Assembly: GCA_951406725.2 (NCBI GenBank)
Contig: OX597824.1
Location: forward strand, 87,358,001 to 87,422,000
Source: Octopus vulgaris
Taxonomy: Eukaryota
Length of the DNA stretch: 64,000 nt
Direction: 5' to 3'
In this document: piece after piece, positions 24,787 through 38,046 of the stretch
Layout of the letters: the number at the start of each line of letters is the position of its first letter
Position numbering within the stretch: position 1 is the stretch's first letter
Made by a program: the position numbers and the translations under genes
The notes under the pieces: model-generated
The model's database searches: none
The model's input: only the letters and a program-made list of their open reading frames with translations
Told to the model about the DNA's origin: nothing

Positions 24787-25129
24787 CTCTTTTATTTTTA
24801 CTCTCTTTTACTAGTTTCAGTCATTTGACTGCAGCCATGCTGGAGCACCACCTTTAGTCGAGCAAATCGACCCCCAGGACTTATTCTTTGTAAGACCTAG
24901 TACTTGTTCTATCGGGGTCTTTTACCGAACCACTAAGTTACAGGGACGTAAACACAGCAGCATCGGTTGTCAAGCAACGTTGGGCACACACACACACACA
25001 CACATTTTGGTTGGTCCTGCAACACTGAAAACAAATCATCTATGTGTATAATCTAAAAGCTAATTTTATAACTGTTAGACCCTTATACATCAAAGCTGAC
25101 TGCAGAATCCAACAAGGGTAATAGGGTAA

Positions 25130-25620
25130 AGACCCCTTCAGTCATAAATGACCAAAGGGATTGCACCTAGAAAGTTTCCCAGTGAGGCACAACTCCAGGC
25201 AAAGTTGTTTATGAAAGACTAGCAGTCGCCCATGCATACCGACCTCCCCTCTCCATGCCACCAGTGTTATCCAAGGGAAAGGCTAAAACAATACAAAGCG
25301 CATTGTGACTAGCGATGTGTAGCAACATCTGATAGCCTGGTCGGTCATAGTGATCACGGTGATATATATATATCTGAGCCCCCTTTGGTCATAAATGACC
25401 ATGGGATTGCACCTAGAAAGTTCCCCTCCAAGGCACAAGTCTGGGCAAGGTTGTTTATGGAAGACCAGCAGTCACCTATGCATACCAGCCTCACCTCTCC
25501 CTGCCAATAATGTTTTCCAAGGGAAAGGCAAAGGCTGATACAGCTTGGCACCAATGATGTCACAACTCATTTCTACAGCTGAGTGAATTGGAGCAATGTG
25601 AAATAAAGTGTCTTGCTTGA
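25130..25620 (-). mobile_element. Composite SINE F-(TA)n-G module-F'
   Basis: Same order and junctions as 27760-28360, in the opposite orientation. Confidence 0.75.
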
Positions 25621-25644
25621 AATATACCATTTATCAAGGAAAAC

Positions 25645-25732
25645 TACTCAGAGTTTCACATGAATATTCGTCGGACAGTTGTGATAATACCATTGCAACT
25701 GTCAGACAAACAGTCATGTGAAACTCTGAGTA
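25645..25732. repeat. Fold-back hairpin containing a hammerhead-like motif (Penelope-like remnant)
   Basis: TACTCAGAGTTTCACATGA...TCATGTGAAACTCTGAGTA. The minus strand reads CTGT-CCGACGA...GAAA-CTCTGAG-TA. Confidence 0.6.
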
Positions 25733-25977
25733 AATAAACTGGGAAGATTATTTTTGGAGATTCAACAATTATCACATTACTCTACCTTTGCTATTGAGTA
25801 CTATCTTTTCCATCTTCTTTTGCAATTGTGTTTACTTATGTGCGTATACACACACACACACACATACACACACACACATATATATATAATAATAATATGA
25901 GGGAATATTATTCCAAACTTACAGGGAAAAATTCAATTTAGAAATACTAAATCAAATTTCCCAAAATATAATATATA

Positions 25978-26280
25978 TATATATAAATTAGAAAAAAACC
26001 CACCTTTTATTAATTCAATAATGAAAAATTAAATTATGCCATTTAGAAAAATTACCTGTTATAGAAAGATAAAACATATAACGATGATTAAGTAATGTGC
26101 AAAATAATAAATAAAATGTATATCTACCAAAGATATACATTTTATTTATTATTTTGCTCATCGTTATATGTTTTATCTTATATTTAATCTTTCTATAATA
26201 TGTAATTTTTCTAAATGGTATAATTTAATTTTTCATTATTGAATTGATAAAAGGTGGTTTTTTTCTAACTTGTATATATA
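25978..26280. repeat. AT-rich fold-back inverted repeat of about 300 bp
   Basis: Centre GCAAAATAATAAATAAAATGTATATCT-ACCAA-AGATATACATTTTATTTATTATTTTGC, with outer arms pairing with indels. Related sequence lies at 7230-7460. Confidence 0.85.
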
Positions 26281-26539
26281 CATATATATCATCATCATCA
26301 TTATCATCGTTTAACGTCCGTTTTCCATGCTAGCATGGGTTGGACGGTTTTGACTGAGCGATGGCAACCAGATGGCTACACCAGGCTCCAATCTTGATCT
26401 GGCAGAGTTTCTACAGCTGGATGCCCTTCCTAACGCCAACCTCTCTGAGAGTGTAGTGGGTGCTTTTTACGTGCCACCTGCACGGTAGGCATGCCACCTG
26501 CACGGTAAGCGTGCCACCTGCACGGACGTGCCACATATA

Positions 26540-26575
<36 letters not shown>

Positions 26576-26611
26576 TGTATGTATATATATGTATGTACGT
26601 ATATATATATA

Positions 26612-26678
<67 letters not shown>

Positions 26679-27521
26679 ACTATGCTACCCTAACAAGGCC
26701 TAATAAAAGTGAAACATGCCCAGAGTTATCACTGTACTGCCAGCAGTCAACTGAATCTACTGTTGGTTTCACATTCTATTTTCAATTGATTACATTTGCT
26801 TATAGTTTTGGAGGTTGTCTCTCTTCTCTGTCTTGATTCTTTCTCCTTACCCACACAAGTGCAAATTTAAATAATTAGAATTTCTTTGCTTAATATACAT
26901 ATACTGAACGTCCAGTGAAGCATGCCATATTGCCAGCCACCCATACAATTGCACCCGTTCGTCTAATTCTTTGCATTTATGTAACACATCCCAGAGTGTG
27001 TATTATTAAACATGTACAAGTTTGCCACAGCATATATATATATATGTTTTTATGAATCATATCTATGACACAGCATAAAAATCTCACAAAAGACACTTAA
27101 TTGTCCAAATGTGTACCGACCTCTTAAGTGAATGGCTGGAGGTCAGCAGTCGGCACCAATGAATCACTAGCCGGGTGACAGACTTTAACTCTTGTTCCAC
27201 TTCAATTAATATGACTAAACAGATCAGCTGTAAACGAGTTCTTACGTTAACGACTTGTTTTCCTCTTCCTTTTTCTTCATTGTTCTTCACTGCTTATTAT
27301 CATTATCATTATTGTTGTTGTTGTTGTTGTTGTAGTCGTCATCGTTGTCGTAATCGTCATCATCATCATCATCATCATCATCATTATTATTAGTAGTAGT
27401 AAAGAGAGTAGCACACGTCATCAAAGTGATGCTAGGTTACAAATATACAAAGCCCAATACACCTGTTATTGTTGTTGCTATTGTTGTTATTGTTTTATTA
27501 TTATTATTATTATTACTATTA

Positions 27522-27556
<35 letters not shown>

Positions 27557-27759
27557 GGCACTATTGACATCACAACTCGTTTCTACAGTTGAATGAACTG
27601 GAGCAATATGAAATAAAGTGTCTTGCTCAAGAACACAACACACTGTCCGATCCAGGAATCGAACTCACTGCTTCATGAGCCTGACACTCTAACCACTGAG
27701 CCATGTGCCCTTGCTATGACAAGCACAACTTATTTGTTGCTATATATGTTTTTTTTTGT

Positions 27760-28360
27760 GAAGGTGCATGGCTCAGTGGTTAGAGCATCCAGCTTACAAT
27801 TGTGAGGTTGTGAGTTGGAATCTTGGACCAGGCTGTGTGTTGTGTTCTTGAGCAAGACACTTTATTTCACATTGCTCCAGTTAACCCAGCTGTAAAAATG
27901 AGTTGTGACGTCACTGGTGCCAAGTTGTATCAACTTTTGCCTTTCTCTTGGATAACATTATTGGCAGGGAGAGGGGAGGCCAGTATGCATGGGTGACTGC
28001 TGGTCTTCCATAAACAACTTTGCCCGGATTTGTGCCTGGGAGGGTAACTTTCTAGGTGTAATCCCATGGTCATTCATGACCAAAGGGGATCTCAGATATA
28101 TATATATATATGTATGTATATATATATCACCGTGATCACCATGACCGACCAGGCTATCAGATGTTGCTACACATCGCTGGCCACAATGCGCTTCGAATTG
28201 TTTTAGCCCTTCCCTTGGATAACACTGGTGGCATGGAGAGGGGAGGCCGGTATGCATGGGCGACTGCTGGTCTTTCATAAACAACCTTGCCCAGACTTGT
28301 GCCTGGGAGGGTAACTTTTTAGGTGCAATCCCATGGTCAGTCATGACCGAAGGGGGTCTC
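27760..28360 (+). mobile_element. Composite SINE F-(TA)n-G module-F'
   Basis: Full F at 27760-28095, G module at 28125-28208, and the F 3' part repeated at 28209-28360. Confidence 0.8.
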
Positions 28361-28659
28361 AGCATATATGGTTTACCATAATTGTTGCTTGGAAACCTGC
28401 AGGATGTCTACCAAGTGTATATAGATGTTTAACCAGAACAGATCATCAAGGAACAATTTTTTTTTTTTTTGCATTTAGTTACATGTAACTTATGTCCATT
28501 GGTTCTTTGTGACTTGACGCAATAAAGTATTCTCTGATTATAAATTCTGGTTAAGTATTCAAATGCACTTGGTAGACCCAACGCAGGTTTGCAAGCAGCA
28601 ATTATGATGAAACATACTTAAGAACTAGTAATATAAACTTGTTATCCCAATTTCTCTTC

Positions 28660-28769
<110 letters not shown>

Positions 28770-29117
28770 TAACAGAAGATTGCCAAATTGGTTTGAAATT
28801 ATGGGATAAAGTGTGGTGACTAATTAAAGTCGAAAGCAAACTGGAATTGAAATTTCTCTTGAATAATTTATGAGAAGAGAGGTTTATTTTATTTTATATT
28901 ACTTTAATTTGTGTAACGTCTCTTTGTTTGCGTCTAGCATAACACTTCACATTGATAAAACTAATTCTATTTTAAATTAAATCATAAGAGCATTTGAACA
29001 CAGGGTCATTAATTTTTTTTTACACAAAGGCTTTCTATAGCATTATACTTAAAATAGTTAAGTTGTATAATACTAGGAACTGTTTTCTACATTTTATTTT
29101 TCCTACAAAAAAATAAA

Positions 29118-29163
<46 letters not shown>

Positions 29164-29639
29164 TAGTAAAAGGATTGGTCTTGATAATAAAAAAGAAGTA
29201 TTTTTATGTTAAGTTTGAAAACAGAATAAATTTCATCATTAATTTTTTAATAACTTTTACATGATTTTTTTTAATCAACTTTTACTAGAATAGAGAAATT
29301 TTATAATAAAACGTTAAAGAGTAATAAATAATTAAATAAAAAATAAAAATAGACGAATAAATAAATTAATAAGTAAATAACAGAAATAAAATTTTAAAAG
29401 TGGGGGAAAATATCTGGTTAATTTATCTCATCCATTTTGATAGTAAAATTATGAAGCTGAATGCTTCCATAGCAAGATTTTGCAATTTTAGGTAAAAAAA
29501 GGAAAAAAGGAAAAAAGGAGAGGAAAAAAATTAATTATAATGAATGACATTATTCAATTTAATTTTCAATTCAATATGTTTGCATGCAGACAAAATAGTT
29601 AAGTATCAAGTCTCTTCTAAGTTGTTTTTGTTTTTATTA

Positions 29640-29986
29640 ACGATTGTTGTTGTTGTCAACATCATCGCCATTGTCATTGACACCGTCGTCGTCATCATCA
29701 TCACCATTGTCATCATCATCATCATCATTATTGTCACTGTCATCGTTGTTGTCATCACTGTCACCATCATCATCATCATCACCGTCATCATCATCCTCAT
29801 CTTCATAACCATCACCAACACCTCCATCATCATCATCACCCCCACCATCATTATTATCATTATCATCACCATCATCATCATCCCCCACACTCATCATTAT
29901 CATCATCATCATTATCATCACCCCACCAGCACCAGAACCAGCACCAGCACCATCATCATCATCATCATCACCCCACCACCACCAGC

Positions 29987-30035
<49 letters not shown>

Positions 30036-30046
30036 TCAGCATCACC

Positions 30047-30093
<47 letters not shown>

Positions 30094-30205
30094 TGCCATC
30101 CTCCTCCTCCTTATCATCATCATCACTACCATCATTGTCATCATCATCATCTTATCACCATCATCACCATTGCCATCATCACTGTTGCTATTATCATCAC
30201 CATTG

Positions 30206-30242
<37 letters not shown>

Positions 30243-30300
30243 TGTTGTTGCCGCTATCGTCGTTCTAAACATCATCAATCATCACCATCACCATCATCAT
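29640..30300. repeat. Degenerate (CAT)/(CAC)n tract
   Basis: Direct reading. Confidence 0.95.
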
Positions 30301-30511
30301 TGTGCTTGTGTTCCCTTTTTCCCTATGCCGGCACACCTGACAAGTGGAGGTAGTTTAATTATTGACACTGTTGAACTGCTCAGCTGCAAATTAATATTGT
30401 TTACGGGGAACAGAAGAAAATGTTGCCATCACCCAAACGGGGCCAAGCAAAGACACACAGACACAAGCATATGAAAATACATGCATACATACACATACAT
30501 TCACAATCCCC

Positions 30512-30542
<31 letters not shown>

Positions 30543-30630
30543 TCTCTCTCTCTCACACACACATTCAGAAACTCTCTCACTTTCTCTCTCTAGCTCACTT
30601 TCTCACTTTCTGTCTCTGTCTCTCTTTCGA

Positions 30631-30673
<43 letters not shown>

Positions 30674-30917
30674 TTCTCCTACTCTGTCTCTCTCTCTCAC
30701 ACACACACGTACACACACACACACACATACACATTCACAAATTCTCTCTCTCTTTCTCTCTCTCTCTCCCACATACACACACACACACAAGACAACTTCA
30801 CTTGTACTGGTGTCATGAAATAGCACCCAGTACACTCTGTGACATGGTCGGTGAATTGAGAAGACCACAAAACAATATTGAAAGGACTCTTTAATCACTT
30901 TAGGGGCAGGCTTGAAA

Positions 30918-30952
<35 letters not shown>

Positions 30953-31128
30953 GAGGTTATAAGAGGTAAATGGTGTCATTGAGACCCAAAGGTGTCAGGT
31001 AATGCTGAATAAGTGCTATAGACAGACCATAGTTAAGTTCCGGGTTTGGTAATTTTGCGATTATGAGGTTCAACGTTGACCTCACTCACTAAGTCATCTA
31101 AACTATGACTTAACCATCCTCTCACACC

Positions 31129-31180
31129 GTCTCCGATGAAGGGATATAATTAATAAATATCCTGGAAATAGCTGTAAGAC
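31129..31180 (+). ncRNA. Putative minimal type I hammerhead ribozyme (U4C core variant) in a Penelope-like remnant at about 30950-31235
   Basis: Stem I GTCT/AGAC, core CCGATGA, stem II GGATAT/ATATCC, GAAA, near-palindromic stem III ATAGCTGT and cleavage triplet GTA. Confidence 0.55.
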
Positions 31181-31293
31181 CTCCTATCTATAAATGTTCT
31201 AATATCTACACAGCCTTGGTTTTTTTTATCTCATGACGCAAAACATTCTTTTATATATATATACATGTATATATATATATGTGTGTGTATGTA

Positions 31294-31403
<110 letters not shown>

Positions 31404-31841
31404 TTAAATTGTATTAGTATATAAGCAATATATATTATTTAAATATGTAACAATTATTAAAAAATATAATTAATTATAATTAATTATAATTAATTATAAT
31501 TAGTATGTATGTCGTGGAACCTCATGCTTTGCTAAACTCAAGAAGACTCGTCCTTCACAGCAGAAGTGTTAAGGCCACTCCCCCTGGTCAAGAGGACTGG
31601 CCTACAAGAGTCACGTGGCAGTGCTATGTAAAGAGCACCTGTGCTGGTGTCACATAAGAAGGCTTCTGCTGGTGCCACATAAGGAGCAACCAGCACAAAC
31701 ACTGTAAAGTGGTTGGTATTAGGAAGATCATTGAGCCTTAGAAACCAAGCCAAATCAGACTGGAACCTGATGCAGCTCTCCAGCCTTGCCAGCTCTGGTT
31801 AACCTGTCCAACCCATACAAGCATGGACAACAGATGTTAAA

Positions 31842-32242
31842 GGATGATGATGATGATGCTGACAATGACAGCTATGACAATGATGATGAAGATGACGACG
31901 ATGACGACGATGACAATGACAATGATGATGATGATGATGATGATGAGGATGATGACGACAATGACTGCAATGTCAATGATGATAATGATGATGACGATGA
32001 CGACGGTGACAATGACAATGATGATGATGATGATGAGGATGATGACGACAATGACTGCAATGTCAATGATGATGATGATGATGATGATGACAACAACAAT
32101 GATGACAACGATGATGATGATGATGACAATGATGCTGATGACAATTACAATGATGACAATGATGACGATGATGACAATGACAATGATCACAATGATGATG
32201 ATGATGATGAGGATGACGACGATGACGATGACAATGATGATG
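31842..32242. repeat. (GAT/GAC/AAT)n tract extending from an RTE 3' tail (family C copy at about 31610-31855, +)
   Basis: GATGTTAAAG(GAT)n terminus. There is an internal duplication of about 90 bp (GAGGATGATGACGACAATGACTGCAATGTC twice). Confidence 0.85.
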
Positions 32243-33569
32243 GTATATATACATAGGCTCAGTCCCACTGTATAGCATTTTGGCCAAATGTCTTCTACTA
32301 TAGAACACAGCTGACCAAAGCCTAGTGAGTGAATTTGATTTTTGGAAACTGTGTGGAAGCCCTTGAATGTGTGTGTGTGTGTGGGAGTGTCTTCATGTTT
32401 GTGTTTGTCCTCCAACACCACCACCACCACCACCACCATCACCACCATCATAACTTGACAACAAGTGTTGGTTTGTTTACATCCCCACAATTTCTGAGCT
32501 TGAGGAAAAGGACTGAGTCATCCAATATATTCTTCAATTTTTATTACTGTAGGGCGGGGTTTGAGTAAGATGTGGCAACTATTTCTAGCAGGCTGAGACC
32601 CTGTTTAGAGGCTTCTTCATTGGTTTCATGTATGATGATGTTAGTGGTGGGTATTGATGGTGGTGGTAGTGGCAGTGGCGGTGGTGGTAGTGGCGGTGGT
32701 GGCGGTGGTGGTGATAATGGTGGTTGCGGTGGTGGTGGCGGCGGCGGCGGTGGTGGTGGTGGTGGCGGCGGTGGTGGTAGCAGCAGCAGCGGCAGCAGCA
32801 GCAGTGGTGATGATGATGATGAGGAGGAGGAGGAGGAGGGGGAGGTTTACGAAAGCAATGATGATGACGACGATGATGATGATGATGACGACGATGATGA
32901 TGATGATGATGACGATGATAATGATGATGATGATGATGATGACGACGACGACGATGATGATGATGATGATGATGCTAAAAGAAAAAGAAAAGGGAAAAAG
33001 GTAGACTGATCTACTACAACAGAAACCATATCATTATTATTATTATCATCATCATCATCATCATTATTATTATTACTATTATTATTATTATTATTATTAT
33101 TATTGATACCGACTGAACAAGTCAATATCAATTGATAGTTTATTCCAGACAAATTGGAACAATAGTTGAATAGAGGTTTTAGAACTGCAAAATGAAAAAA
33201 TAAATGAAAAAAAAAGAAAAACAAATAGTTCTTTCATGAAGTTCTTTTATGAAAATATCAGATTTTGCTATCAATAAAAACAAATTACATCACAGTTAAA
33301 TTATTTCAAAATCTCGGGTTTTTTGGAATTTTTTTCTCATTTGCTTTCATGTTCATGTTTGCAAAGCAAAAACAACCAAATCTCCCTTAAATCATTCTCT
33401 GTTGGCCCCTTTTGCCTTGTTGGTCGATGGTAATACAAAGACAGTAATTTAACCATCTCTGGTGTGCCTGGGCTGTTTCCAGCAGCAAGTGCCTAGCCCC
33501 ATCTCTCTTGCCATATTTTCATTCCTGGATATGCCAAGAAGGAAAGACAAGTCAATATTTTCACAGCAT

Positions 33570-33972
33570 AGGGCAGTGAGCTGGCAGAATTCCTAGCATG
33601 CCAGGTGAAATGCTTAGCGGTATTCTGTCTGCCGTTATGTTCTGAGTTCAAATTCCACCAAGGTCGACCCTGCCTTTCATCCTTTCGGGGTCGATTAAAT
33701 AAGTACCAGTTACGCACTGGGGTCAATAAAATCGACTTAATCCATTTGTCTGTCCTTGTTTGTCCCTTCTGTGTTTAGCCCCTTGTGGGTAGTAAAGAAA
33801 TAGGTATTTCGTCTGCAGTTATGTTCTGAGTTCAAATTCCACCGAGGTCGACTTCGCCTTTCATCCTTTCAGAGTTGATAAATTAAGTACCAGTTGCGTA
33901 CTGGGGTCGATCTAATCAACTGGCCCCCTCCCTCCTCCAAGTTTTCGGGTCTTGCACCTAGAACAGAAAAGA
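33570..33972 (+). mobile_element. SINE family A dimer
   Basis: GGCAGTGAGCTGGCAGAA head and junction AAGAAATAG|GTATTTCGTCTG. Confidence 0.85.
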
Positions 33973-34379
33973 ATATTTCCCTCTTCAAGGGTGGTGAGGT
34001 GGCAGAATCATTGGTATGCTGGGCAAAATGCTTAGCAGTGTTTCATCTTCCGTTACGTTCTGAGTTCAAATTTTGCCAAGGTCAGTGCTACACAAGGGTA
34101 CCAGACTGGTGCCACCTCAAAAGCATCCAGTATACTCTGTAAAGTGGTTGGCATTAGGAAAGGCATCCAGCAGTAGAAACCATGCCAAAACAGACAACTG
34201 GAGCCTGGTGCAGCTCTCCAGCCATGCCAGCTCCTGTCAAACTGTCAGCATGAGAAATAGATGTTAAATGATGATAAAGAAAGTAGGATTTTTTTAATAT
34301 ATGAATTAAAGGGCCACATCAGTCCTGGGTCCTTTAGGGTGTCTGTGAGTGACATTCTTCCAGACCTTTCTATAATGTT

Positions 34380-34636
34380 TTAACCCTTTTGTTACCAATG
34401 TGGCTGAAACCAGCTCTGGCTCTGAGTACAAATGTCTTGTTTTCAAAAGTCCTGAACTAAAATCTTCCATCAAGCCTTAATTAATATTTTTGTTCCTAAC
34501 ACTAGCTTAATGATAATTAGGTTATTTTACTAAATTTTACTAAATTAAGTTATTTTACTAAATTCTTTATTATATTTAAAATTAATTCAAAGAAACACAG
34601 AGCATCTCAACAGAAACATGGGAACAAAAAGGTTAA
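34380..34636 (+). mobile_element. piggyBac-like MITE family D monomer
   Basis: TTAA-CCCTTTTGTTACC...GGAACAAAAAGG-TTAA. Confidence 0.85.
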
Positions 34637-34684
34637 AAGCACTCATGCTGGTGCCATGTAGAAAGCACTAGTGATGGTTCCACC

Positions 34685-34915
34685 TTAACCCTTTTGATAC
34701 CAACCCACCTGAAACCACTTCTGGCTCTGTAATACAAATGTCTTGTTTTCATAAGTTTTGAATTAAAATCTTCCACTAAACCTTAGTCACAATTTATGTT
34801 CCAAACACTAGCTGAATGATAACTAAGTTATTTTACTAAATTCTTTGTTATATTTAAAAATTAATTGAAAGAAACACAGAGCATCTCAAAATAAATACAG
34901 TAACGCAAAGGTTAT
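34685..34915 (+). mobile_element. piggyBac-like MITE family D monomer
   Basis: TTAA-CCCTTTTGATAC at the left end. The interior matches the 183-bp unit. Confidence 0.85.
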
Positions 34916-35164
34916 ATAAAAAAAATTACATTGAATAATGTAGTTCCTGATATGCAATTAAAACAGGATGGGCATGGATGGAATATCTTTGATCATATGT
35001 CTACTTGAACAAAGCTGACCTGGAGTTAAACAACAACAACACATGGGGGAGGGAAAGTAATTAGAATGAAAGAATAACAGAATGATAAGCAATACCTGAT
35101 TTTGTTTTTTAATTAATAATGATAAAATAAATAAATGTAATCAGTTAACCGACTTTTTTTCTTT

Positions 35165-35372
35165 TTTTTACTTTTTTGCTTGTTTCAGCCATTTGACTGT
35201 CGCCATGCTGGAGCACCGCATTTAGTCGAGCAAATCGACCCCAGGACTTATTCTTTGGAAGCCTAGTACTTATTCTATTGGTCTCTTCTGCCGAACCGCT
35301 AAGTTTACGGGGACGTAAACACACCAGCATCGGTTGTCAAGCGATGTTGGGGGTGACAAACACAGACACACA

Positions 35373-35429
<57 letters not shown>

Positions 35430-35605
35430 TCATATATATATATGTATGACTGGCTTCTTTTAGTTTCTGTCTACCAAATCCACTCACATGGTTTTGGTCG
35501 GCCCAAGGCTATAGTAGAAGACACTTGGCCAAGGTGCCACGCAGTGGGACTGAACCCGGAACCTTGTGGTTGGCAAGCAAGCTACTTACCACACAGCCGC
35601 TCATA
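35165..35605 (-). mobile_element. SINE family B
   Basis: Reverse complement of the 14378-14827 type. Confidence 0.85.
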
Positions 35606-36148
35606 TGCAACAGGTCAACAAACTACCTTAATAAACTCCTGAATATTGATATTTTCTATTCCTTCCCTTTTTTTCTGGCTTCAGTTTTTTGGATCATCAT
35701 CATCTTCGTAGCCATGATCGTCCCCACCATCACCACCATCACCACCATCACCACCACCACCACACAAAGTCTAGCAATAAAGATGCACAAATAATACCAC
35801 CAACCTCACCGCTGCTGCTGCTACTACTTGCTCCCTCTTGGTAATGACAAATTTGTTTTACTAAATCCTTCGTTATTTTCAAAATTAATTAAAACGAAAG
35901 CAGAGTGTACGTCATTAAAACTATGGTAACAGAAGGGTGAAGAATTAAACCCCAGGATGACACGTTCACGCAAGGTGTTTCTTGCTAAATTCAATCATTC
36001 TTTTTTTGTCCCCTTATTTCAGGAACAGCTTGAGACAAGAAATTTTTTTCCACAGCGGTCTTCAAGAGAATAAAGATTAAAGTTGTAGTTCAGAAACAGT
36101 TAGCTGACATGGAGGACTGGAAGCTATTTGAATATTGGAAGAGAATTA

Positions 36149-36791
36149 CTGTATTTTAACATGTATAAGGAACCCTCATGTATAAACCCCCACCTAATTT
36201 TGGGGGCTGAAGATTTGGAAAAAAGGTTTTATTCTTTTATTCGTTTATTTGTTTCAGTCATTTGACTGTGGCCATGCTGGAGCACCACCTTTAGTCAAAC
36301 AAATCGACCCCAGGACTTATTCTTTGTAAGCCTGGTACTTATTCTATCAGGCTCTTTTTGCCGAACCACTAAGTTACGGGGATGTAAACACACCAACATC
36401 GGTTGTCAAGTGATGGTGGTGGGACAAACACAGGCACACAAACACACTCACACAGACACACACAGACACACACAGACACACACAAACAAACATATACATA
36501 TATACAACAGGCTTCTTTCAGTTTCCGTCTACCAAATCCACTCACAAGTCTGTGGTCAGCTCAAGGCTATAGTTGAAGACACTTGCCCAAGATGCCACGC
36601 AGTGGGACTGAACCCGGAACCATGTGGTTGGTAAGCAAGCTACTTACCACACAACCACTCCTGCACCTATAAGCGTTTTTTTATATATAAGGTTTTGTAA
36701 GAGATTATAATATTGTCCATGTATAAGAAACTCCCATATTTCTTAACCCAATTTTTGACAAAAACGGTTCCTTATAGATGTTAAAATACAG
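36149..36791. mobile_element. pogo/Tigger-like MITE interrupted by SINE B (36232-36670, -)
   Basis: 26-bp TIRs CTGTATTTTAACATGTATAAGGAACC / GGTTCCTTATAGATGTTAAAATACAG (1 mismatch) with TA flanks. Confidence 0.8.
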
Positions 36792-36875
36792 TACTTGTAT
36801 CTTGACAATTCACATGCTGACATCATGACTGCTGTTCAATGCTTTGTGTACATTATAAAGGGTTTAAGACATGAC

Positions 36876-37294
36876 ATGGACATCATGGAAACCAAGTTCC
36901 TTCAAGCTGTGATGGTCTTTGGGTGTGTTTCCAGTGAGGGTGATGTCATGCCAGCCCACTTCTTTGAACAGAACCTTAGGCTTAATTCAGATGGCTAAGT
37001 GAAGTTACTGAAGACTGCAGGTAATCCGTGGCCAGAGATGGTTGCCACTGGAAGGCCATACACGTGGCACCAAGATTCAGCTCCTTGCCATCCTTCCAGA
37101 AAAAGTCAAAACTGGTTGCTGGTGCAGTTGAGAAACACACCAACCGCTCTACTTGCAACACCAGGGCTGAACTGGTGGCCAAGATCAAGGAAGTGTTCAA
37201 AGATCTTCCCAGAGACATAGTGAGGAATGCATATACCAGGTTCCAGACCCAATTTGAGGCCGTGGTGGAAGCTAAGGGTGGTTACTTTGAGTAA
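36876..37294 (+). pseudogene. Tc1/mariner-superfamily transposase remnant (resembles maT/DD37D) with a stop and an internal deletion
   Basis: VMVFGCVSSEGDVMPAHFF...GRPYTWHQDSAPCH...QNWL, then in another frame ...FEAVVEAKGGYFE*. The SPDLNP-type segment is missing. Confidence 0.8.
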
Positions 37295-37362
37295 ACTGTC
37301 ATCTCTCAACCATCGTCATCGTCATCATCATCGTCATTTAACGTCCATTTTCCATGCTGGTG

Positions 37363-37620
37363 TTTCGCCTGGCATGCTAACGATTCTTATTTCTTTATTG
37401 CCCACAAGGGGCTAAACACAGAGGGGACAAACAAGGACAGACGAAGGGATTAAGTCAATTACATCAACCCCAGTGCGTAACTGGTACTCAATTTATCTAC
37501 CCCAAAGGATGAAAGGCAAAGGTGACCTTGGCAGAATTTGAACACAGAACATAACTGCAGACGAAATACCACTAAACATTTCACCTGGCGTGTTAACGAT
37601 TCTGCTGCCTCATCACCTTT
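37363..37620 (-). mobile_element. SINE family A with Tx1-like tail, abutting a duplicated head segment
   Basis: Junction GCTAACGATTC|TTATTTCTTTATTGCCCACAAGGGG. Confidence 0.75.
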
Positions 37621-38015
37621 GAAGAGGGAAATATAATCAGAGAAAACTAGAAGGGAAAATAAAGGGATGAAGATGGTAGAGAAGACGAGATAAGTAGGGA
37701 GAGAGAGAGTGAAGAAAACAAAAGAGAGAGAATAGGAACAAAAGAGAGAATTAGAGAGCGTCAAAGATGAGAGGAAATAAAATAGAGAGAGATAAATAAG
37801 GAGGAAGAAAACGAAAAAGAAATGATAGAAACAGCAGGAGAAGAGAGAGAGAGAGAGAGAGAGAGAAGGAGTGAGTGTGTGAAGTGTGTGTTTGGTGGCT
37901 TACTGGATCTATGTCTGAGAGTGTGAAGTGTGAGTTTGCATGTATGTGTGTGAGTGTGTTTGCATGTGTGTGTGTGTGTGTGTGTGTATGCCTGTGTGTG
38001 AAGTATATGCTTGCA

Positions 38016-38046
<31 letters not shown>

